From NCBI GenBank assembly GCA_043827405.1, contig JBDRPD010000022.1, forward strand, positions 1 to 64,000: a stretch of 64,000 nucleotides of DNA. The letters run 5' to 3'. Both the position numbers and the translations under genes were made by a program. Shown here in pieces: positions 54,901 through 61,135 of this stretch; within the stretch, counting starts at the first letter, position 1, and each line of letters begins with the position of its first letter. The notes beneath the pieces were generated by a model. It saw only the letters and a list, made by a program, of their open reading frames with translations, did not search any database and was not told the DNA's origin. The DNA comes from Elusimicrobiota bacterium (GTDB lineage Bacteria > Elusimicrobiota > Elusimicrobia > UBA1565).

Positions 54901-57900
54901 GTTCAAGCCCGGACTTTATCTTATTGGTGATGGCCTGCCGCTCGAAGGCCAGGTCGTCGATAAACACCTTCTTGAGCTTGGATTGAATCTGCTGCCCGGC
55001 CTCCGCCGCACTTTGGTCCTTGACCAGGGCTTGCTGCTCCAGCGTCTGCGCCTTGGTCCGCAGCGTGCGGGCCTCTTTTATGTTTTGCGCGCCGCCCTGG
55101 GTTTCCAGCAGGTCCGCGCGGCGCACGTACTGGCGCGCTTCTCGACGCAGCGCGGTGCCGTTGGGGGTCTTCTCCAGCCGCTCGACCGCCGAATGCATCT
55201 CCGCGAGCGTATTGGCCTTGGCTTCCAATTTGGCGGCGTTCTGGGTCTTGCCCGCCTGGCGCAGAGATTGGGCCTCGCTGCGCAAAGCGGCGACCGTCTC
55301 CTTGACCTGCTGTCCCAGCGGCGGCTCCTTCACCTGGGCCAGCGCCGCGCTCTGCTTGCCCGCCAGCTGGACGGACTTAAGCTGGCCTTCCAGCTTGGCG
55401 ATCTCGGCGCGAACCTCGGCGAAGCCTTTGCCCCCCTTCTTGACTTCCTGGGCGTAAACCACCGCCTGCTGCTTAAGTCCCTTGATCGACTCGAAAACAT
55501 GCTGCAGGTTGACCATCTGGCCCTGCACGCGCAGCGCCTGAGCCGAATCGCCGGCGGTATAGAGCATATCCATCTTCTTTCCCAACGCCTTCAGGGTTTG
55601 CTCGACCAGCGTGGAGCCGGTCCCCGTTTTCCCCTTCCAGCCCAAAACCTCCCAGGCGTCCTTAAGCTGTTGGCCCAGCAGCTTCTGGTTGGCGGCGAGC
55701 TGCACCTCGGGGTTCTGCATTAAGCTCCTCTGCAGCAGCAGCTTCGCGTTGATGGCTTCGATGTTCGCCTTGACCCGATACTGGGGCATGGACGGCGGCC
55801 GGCCGCCGCGCGCCACCGTCTGGCCGCGGCCGAGTATCCGCTTGAGCGCCGCGCGGGCCTGCGCCAGGATGTCGCTGCGCTGAGACGCCGGCACATACGT
55901 TTTATTCTCCAGCTGAGCCAGCTTGCGCGACAGCGCGAGCATATCGTCCACCTGCGACGCCAACGCCTCTTGCGCGGTGCCCTTGGGGATGCGCTTCACC
56001 AGCGTCTGGCGGTGGACCAGGCCGCTTTCCAGGCTTCCCTGCAGCCGCGTCGAACCGCGCGTCAGCACTTCCTGCAGCCGCGTATAGGTGGGCTTAAGCT
56101 TATCGTAGCCTACCGACCAGCGCGACACCCGGGCAGTGGTCTCGCCGATAGTCAGCGCCGGCTGCAGCGCCGCGCCGTCCATCTCGTCTCCGAGGATGAA
56201 GTACTCTTCCGGCTTCATCTTGAAGTCCAGCTTGCCCTGGGCGATCTTGGACTTAAAGCCCTCCCAGGTGTCGAATTCGAGGGTACTCCTAACCTTGTTC
56301 AAAGCGCGGAAGTCGGTACGGGCCTGAGCCTCCAGGTTCGACTGCACGGTCAGAAATATAGTCTTGAGGCCGCGGTGCTTGGCCACCGATTCGGCGTAGG
56401 GCAGCAGGCCCTCGTAAGCCAGGAAGGTCTTGCCGGCGCCGGTTTTCATCATCAGGAACGTCCGCACCGTAGTCGCCGCCTCCGTCCCCTTGGTCATCAC
56501 CGAACTGAGGAAGTAGGTCAAGCCCTCGAACTGCACCGGCCGCCAGTCCGGCAGCGGCCCGCCTTTGGCGCTCTGCAGGATAAAGGGCGAGGTCTTCAGC
56601 TCGGCGACGGAATCATTCAGAAACTTCAGCTCGGGAGCCTTGACCTTACCCTTCAAGTTCGCGATGTCATCACCCATATCCTTCAATATGCTGTTAAAGG
56701 TGATCTCGCCCGGAGCGTCCTTCTTGCCGAGGATCTGCGCGGTAGCGTCAAGTGAATTCTTCTGCACGTGGATCTGCTTCCACTTGGTCAGCCGGCCCTG
56801 CATCTTGGTCAGGACCTGCTCGACCTCCGTGCCGTACATACCGGGCTGGGACTTGACCTGATTCATACGCGACGTTAAATAGATCTGGGCCCGCCCGTGC
56901 GCCGTGCCGATCTTGTTGAAGTACTGGAAACGGTCGCGGACGGTCTGGATATAGGTCGCCGTCTTGTCGACGGCGAGCAACTCATTTTCGGGAAGTTTCA
57001 GCTGCTTCGCCTTGGCCTGGAGATCGCGCACGATGCTCATGTAATCGTCGCCGTACTTCTTCATCAGGCGCGGGTTTTGGTCCTTCCAGGCGGTGATATC
57101 GTCAAGCCAGCTGCTCATCATTTCGACGAAGGGCTTGGATGGGTTTTTCAAGCCGAGGTGAGCTTGGTACATGTCGTCACTCGCGTTCGCGACCATAACC
57201 TCGGTGGAGTACTCCGCGCCGAGAATCTTTTTCGCCGCGGTCAGCTCGGTCGCCTTCAGCTTGAAGGCGGCATTGTTGGCATTGTTGGAAGCGATGCGCG
57301 CGAACTCCTTCTGGATCGCGGGATCGACGATGCCGAAGCCCGGGACCGGCTTGCCGAGGTTCTTGGCGTCGATGCTGAGAATGGCCCGGCGCAGCTTGGC
57401 GCTCTTGCCGACCTGATAGGTAAACAGCTCGCTCGCCTGGTCGATGACATGGTCGGTAACTTCCATCCGGCCGAGGCGCGTATGCTTCTGCTGGGATATC
57501 TCGTAGAGCTTGACCAGGTGGCGCTCCGCAAGCGGCGTCAGCTCAAGCTTTTTAGGCGCCTTGGCGCCTTTGGCCGCCGCGGCGCCTTTGGCGCCGGCCT
57601 TGCCCGCCGCCTTATAGCCCATCGCCAGATCGATTTCACCGGGCAGCACCTGCCGGATAACGCTGCGCAGCATGTCGGCGCTGATCTTGAAGGTCCCCTT
57701 GCCGCCGGCCTTCTCGCCGCGAATGCTGGCATTGAAAAAGCGCTGCATCAACGGGACCTTGACCGTGGTCTTAAGCGGCAGCTCGGTAACTTCGGGCACC
57801 ATATTGGTCAACCGGTAGCCCTCGCCGGCTTCCAGATACTCCTTGACGCCCTGCATGGTCCGCTGCTGCTCGGTTGCCTGCATCTCAGTCTTGGCCGCGG

Positions 57901-60900
57901 CGACCGGCAGCAGCAGCCACCACGGGGCCTCCATATTGGCCGCGGCAGACTGTTCGGCGCGCTTGAGGCGGCGCTCGATATTGGTCTCGTCAACGGTATT
58001 GTAGTTGGTGGTGAAGTAGCGCCCGGCCGCGCCCGCTCCCTGGCTGACGACGACGAACTTGCCGATATGATCCGCCATCACCACCAGCGGCTGCGACATC
58101 AGCCACTTGCCGCCGGCGACGACATGGCTGATGCCGGGCGTTTCGAGCACCCGGCCGGTCAGCCGCGCCGCCGTCTCAAAGGTAATCTTGCCGCGCGACA
58201 CCCAGGTAATGCCGCGGCCAATCCCGGCGCCGGTGCTGCGGACGGCGGCGCCGAAGTTGCCGAGTACGCCGCGGTGCGCCACCGACTGCGCCGCGCTGCC
58301 CATGACGGGGACGCCGTCGAAGGCATTGGCCGGCAGGCCGGCGAACAGGATCAGCGGATGCCAGCTCTTGCTCGCCCAGCTGGAGCCATGCTTAAACGAG
58401 GTCCACATCGCCCCGCCGAGGCTCGGCATCGGGCTGTCGCCGTCGCCGACGATTTGATTCCAGCCGTACATGGCGCCGCCGAAGCCCGCCGACACCGTGC
58501 CCGCCAGCGCGCCGAAAGAGCCGATGCGCAGGCCCGCATTGGCGGAGCGGATGCCGAAGGCCTCGACCTTGCGCAGGGCCCAGTTGTTGGCATAAAGGCG
58601 ATCCGAGGCCGGGCTCAGACTCTGCAGGCGCAGAGCAAAATGCTCCAGGATCGCGCCCACGCCGCGCAAGGTATAGCCGATCGGCTTCATAACATAGCCG
58701 GCTTTGCCCGTCACCTCGATCATCTTGGAGCCGATCCCCGCGGCGGTCGTGCTGAGCCCGCGGGCCGCCACGCTGACCATGGGAGCGAACGCTCCCAAGG
58801 CCACCGACCAGGTCAAAGTATTGACGATGGAGCCGGCGAGGAGGTTGCGGTCGGCGACATAGGCGATCGACTTCTGCACCTTCTGCAGCGCGGCCTGAAC
58901 CCGCATCCCGTCGGTGGTCTCCGGGCTGCCGTTGCCGAATACGGGAGCGGACCAGGTCTTGCTCAGGGCCGATGGATCAAGGGCGATCAGGGCTTTGCGG
59001 GCCCCCTCGAAGTTGCCGTGAGCCAGCATCGCGCTCATCTTCTCGAAAGCCGGCAAATAGGTATCGAGCGTCTGGCGATGCTTGAGGTAGTCCGCACCCC
59101 AGGTCCCATCGAAAATGGTCCGCGAGGTCCAGTTGACCGCCTTATGGCCCATATGGGTCCACCAGTTGGTCCAGCCCCGGGCTTCGTCATGCGCGACCTT
59201 GGCCAGCGCCGGCAAGGTGGCGAACATCGACAAATCCATGCTGACGTCGTTGAGCTCGCTCTGGGTAGCGCCCAGAACCGCCTGCACCGGCGCCAGGCCG
59301 GTCATATGATCCGCCGCCTCCAGGTCCTCGTCGAGACGGTCGAGAACCAGCCGCAGCCGGCCCAATCGATGCGCGAGCTTGTCGCGGTGATTGAGGTACG
59401 CTTCCTTGGTCTCAGCGGCCCACGGCGCATCCTCGAGGTTCTCGCGCAGGTACTTGGAATCCGGGCTCTCATAGGTCTTCCACTGCACGGGCAGGACGCC
59501 GCGGCCGCCGAGCCAGGTCGGCCGCTTCCACTCCCACTCGGTCAGCCAGCTGCCGCCCTTGCCGCCGGACTTGCTGACGCTGTCGAAAGCCTTCCCCCCC
59601 GCCGCGTCCTTGGCGAACTTCACCTCATAGCTGATCATCTCCAGCTGATTGGTCACCTGATGCTTGGCGATCTCGAGATAGGAGCTCAGGATGCGCTTGG
59701 AACCGAGCTTCTCGTCGTTCTGCAGGCTCTCGATCTCGGCATTGGTGATGATCTCACGGTTCTTAAAGCGCTCCACGCGCGACTTATAGGCGGCGACGCT
59801 TGCCTTCGCCTTATCCAGCCGCTGGCGCGTCTGCTCGTACTTGCAGTCCACATAGGTGAGCACGCTCTCGGTGCCGGGGCAGGTCGCGTCCTTCTCGGTA
59901 TAATCCTTAATCGATTTATCGGCCGCCTTCTTCTCCAGGTTGGTCATCAGCCGGTTGTTGTAGAGCTCATCGTCCACATACTGGTCCTGCTGATGCTGGC
60001 CGCCGATCATCTGATCGATGTTCTGCATGCGCTTGACGCGGTAGTCCAGATCAAGCTGCTTGGCCTGGTTCTCCAGCTTGCAGGAGCTGTAGAGCAGCAT
60101 CTCGTAGTTATAGCGGCCGGTTAGCGGGATCTCCGGGGCGCAGGCGGGCTTGACCGCCGGATCATTCATCTTCTCCTGCTGTTCGCGCAGCGCCCGGCTG
60201 TAGATGGTGGCGCCGCTGCCCACGCCGCAGCGCCAGTTGCCGTAGTCGCCGGCCGCCTGGCGGCCCGTCTTGAAAGTGTTAAAGCGTCCCACCGACATGA
60301 CCAGGGGTTCGGTCCCGTCTTCCGCGTCATTTTTGCGGCAGACCATATTCTTGGCCTGGCGGATGGCCTCGCCCTTTTCATCGTAATAGGTGAAGCCGTC
60401 CGCGGTGTCGACGCGAACATAGTCGGGGTCCTTCTGCTTGGCCGCGCTGGCGGCGCCGTCATAGACCGAGCCCAGAAGCGCCCTAAGCTTCAGCGGCTCA
60501 GCCTGTCCCTTCGAGATATTGCCGGAGAGCTCGTCGAACTTCTTCCCGAAATACCGCTCGCGGGTCGCCTGGATGGTGTTCGCCGCCGCCTTGCGCATCT
60601 CCGGGGTAGCCTCGCCGAGCTTGCGCAGGGCGTCCAGGCTGTCCTTGATCTCTTCCAGACGCCGCTGGATCGCGTCTTTATCGGCGACCATGCCCTCTTG
60701 GCCCGGCGCCCGGTTGATGAGCTTGTCGGCCGCCGCCACGTCGGCGTCCCCGCCGGCCAGCAGGAACTGATAGAAGATCTCTCCGACATCCGATATTTTT
60801 CCCTTTTCGTCGAAGAACAAGCCGCGCAGGTTGTCGGCCTTGCCGCCCTCATCCTGAAATACCCCGTTCTCCTGAAACAGGATGCGCGCGGCGTCGGCGT

Positions 60901-61015
60901 CGACCCGAACGACCCGCTTTTCCGGCTCGCCGTCGGCGGCATAGGCCCAATAAGGCATGCCCGGCCCAGACAGCAGCAGGGAGACGCTGACAAAGCACGC
61001 CAGGATTTTGCGCAT
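51959..61015 (-). CDS. Giant (3,018 aa) signal-peptide-bearing, membrane-embedded SecA-like SF2 ATPase
   Basis: MKTGAGKT, LTVQSNL, GDEMD, GFSGTA, GRGLDL, QAQGR in SecA motif order; Gly/Ala-rich hydrophobic region at aa ~725-1040. Confidence 0.85.
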   Translation of the reverse strand: MRKILACFVSVSLLLSGPGMPYWAYAADGEPEKRVVRVDADAARILFQENGVFQDEGGKADNLRGLFFDEKGKISDVGEIFYQFLLAGGDADVAAADKLINRAPGQEGMVADKDAIQRRLEEIKDSLDALRKLGEATPEMRKAAANTIQATRERYFGKKFDELSGNISKGQAEPLKLRALLGSVYDGAASAAKQKDPDYVRVDTADGFTYYDEKGEAIRQAKNMVCRKNDAEDGTEPLVMSVGRFNTFKTGRQAAGDYGNWRCGVGSGATIYSRALREQQEKMNDPAVKPACAPEIPLTGRYNYEMLLYSSCKLENQAKQLDLDYRVKRMQNIDQMIGGQHQQDQYVDDELYNNRLMTNLEKKAADKSIKDYTEKDATCPGTESVLTYVDCKYEQTRQRLDKAKASVAAYKSRVERFKNREIITNAEIESLQNDEKLGSKRILSSYLEIAKHQVTNQLEMISYEVKFAKDAAGGKAFDSVSKSGGKGGSWLTEWEWKRPTWLGGRGVLPVQWKTYESPDSKYLRENLEDAPWAAETKEAYLNHRDKLAHRLGRLRLVLDRLDEDLEAADHMTGLAPVQAVLGATQSELNDVSMDLSMFATLPALAKVAHDEARGWTNWWTHMGHKAVNWTSRTIFDGTWGADYLKHRQTLDTYLPAFEKMSAMLAHGNFEGARKALIALDPSALSKTWSAPVFGNGSPETTDGMRVQAALQKVQKSIAYVADRNLLAGSIVNTLTWSVALGAFAPMVSVAARGLSTTAAGIGSKMIEVTGKAGYVMKPIGYTLRGVGAILEHFALRLQSLSPASDRLYANNWALRKVEAFGIRSANAGLRIGSFGALAGTVSAGFGGAMYGWNQIVGDGDSPMPSLGGAMWTSFKHGSSWASKSWHPLILFAGLPANAFDGVPVMGSAAQSVAHRGVLGNFGAAVRSTGAGIGRGITWVSRGKITFETAARLTGRVLETPGISHVVAGGKWLMSQPLVVMADHIGKFVVVSQGAGAAGRYFTTNYNTVDETNIERRLKRAEQSAAANMEAPWWLLLPVAAAKTEMQATEQQRTMQGVKEYLEAGEGYRLTNMVPEVTELPLKTTVKVPLMQRFFNASIRGEKAGGKGTFKISADMLRSVIRQVLPGEIDLAMGYKAAGKAGAKGAAAAKGAKAPKKLELTPLAERHLVKLYEISQQKHTRLGRMEVTDHVIDQASELFTYQVGKSAKLRRAILSIDAKNLGKPVPGFGIVDPAIQKEFARIASNNANNAAFKLKATELTAAKKILGAEYSTEVMVANASDDMYQAHLGLKNPSKPFVEMMSSWLDDITAWKDQNPRLMKKYGDDYMSIVRDLQAKAKQLKLPENELLAVDKTATYIQTVRDRFQYFNKIGTAHGRAQIYLTSRMNQVKSQPGMYGTEVEQVLTKMQGRLTKWKQIHVQKNSLDATAQILGKKDAPGEITFNSILKDMGDDIANLKGKVKAPELKFLNDSVAELKTSPFILQSAKGGPLPDWRPVQFEGLTYFLSSVMTKGTEAATTVRTFLMMKTGAGKTFLAYEGLLPYAESVAKHRGLKTIFLTVQSNLEAQARTDFRALNKVRSTLEFDTWEGFKSKIAQGKLDFKMKPEEYFILGDEMDGAALQPALTIGETTARVSRWSVGYDKLKPTYTRLQEVLTRGSTRLQGSLESGLVHRQTLVKRIPKGTAQEALASQVDDMLALSRKLAQLENKTYVPASQRSDILAQARAALKRILGRGQTVARGGRPPSMPQYRVKANIEAINAKLLLQRSLMQNPEVQLAANQKLLGQQLKDAWEVLGWKGKTGTGSTLVEQTLKALGKKMDMLYTAGDSAQALRVQGQMVNLQHVFESIKGLKQQAVVYAQEVKKGGKGFAEVRAEIAKLEGQLKSVQLAGKQSAALAQVKEPPLGQQVKETVAALRSEAQSLRQAGKTQNAAKLEAKANTLAEMHSAVERLEKTPNGTALRREARQYVRRADLLETQGGAQNIKEARTLRTKAQTLEQQALVKDQSAAEAGQQIQSKLKKVFIDDLAFERQAITNKIKSGLERQSQQAAKLDKEVAKDFKSSDAEIQDILQRRKEIVGIDRDNAISLHKDMMKTERSVLAQTDPRGTKIVKDLRNMAKQARKDGAAAAKTLRQQGKTVEAERTLRESGLRAERIEAQAQRTLADGKTAREALKANSKQIDQVLKDGGEGWEVRARELLKRREQLVERAVEKENPVYEIFREMRDSMYSHVYSKTRTTQLFQTLEHSPRAARHTMSENASAPRKHAKALVKKLKEMKADGKGGNSIDSRIRKAEAVLEKLNQNTRNMAAEHRKMQRFETEALEARHKSLMETGTKQQEVVDKAYDTLRAAEQDMQLKPGSKVLKARLKDAQEGLKSANKELLNINSQMREFNTGRHTRMDAKLDGYKAGAEKLAKDVRADLAQLAEGWDQVGNVRSQVTAINRELSNGARRWQTEKLRLKMTPEKAETILRQRMDGVSVPEMAWTHLRASPLLAISKLANLPGLSRAPPVQNLGAWADAKWEGIVGPKEGLTRYYSRRLLKAFLNEPLITPQVRWRMFWKILPDVLFSKGIGYGNLRTQSFVQGELFNLANGYVENSRTIRMDHVNDAVNVVHNGQWFESMDTPTRRFWELEYGADLTLPYDSQTIATIRDVTQNTKVRFIGFSGTAGKEFRASVEPYKSSLVGVGSTGAENLQLEIHASPSGKMKSITQGLRRNMLHDFQMIDAGGQADSLLVLSLADTRVVKQVQKILTRNGVSFTSSEVSPRVLRSLMSSGYDVSLKNGSYTVKLKQGHITKVFSDAELLRTQMPKARVGDQMNLDALTPGTAKVLILDTRVGGRGLDLNFKGQRGKGPFGGYKRFEMQLHDPQVASEAHFLQAQGRIDVGRVKEGSIRNFRVVMDVPSSSKEVVFLKMLRDEPLMTQLRQRPEVVQNANRRGNIHPEWVDIHNYIESLKEKVRFAETRGPLDNVTRGHKKMIDNYNRTVERNLDAQKLEVEKDQLRSASVLQDQAMFNWLMRGMHPSTH

Positions 61016-61071
61016 TGTTCTCAGTCCTTTCGTCCTACTCAGGTTAGCAGGAAAGGCCCATCCCGGCCAGT

Positions 61072-61120
61072 GGAAAAAGACCCAGCCCCCGCGGGACCTG
61101 AGGTCCCAAGGGGGCCGGGC
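61072..61120 (-). terminator. Intrinsic terminator-like hairpin between the upstream ORF and the SecA-like gene
   Basis: Minus strand CCCGGCCCCC..GGGACC-TCA-GGTCCC..GGGGGCTGGG followed by TCTTTTT. Confidence 0.6.
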
Positions 61121-61135
61121 GGAAAGTCCTAACTT

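Noticed and set aside
34594..60124. Long plus-strand ORFs (927, 1058, 564, 701, 585 and 1075 aa) opposite the giant genes
   Set aside because: Antisense shadow frames expected from high-GC codon bias; no recognisable motifs, and fully overlapping better-supported genes.
51959..61015. Housekeeping secA
   Set aside because: About three times the normal size, with a signal peptide, membrane region and divergent motifs; no gene symbol assigned.
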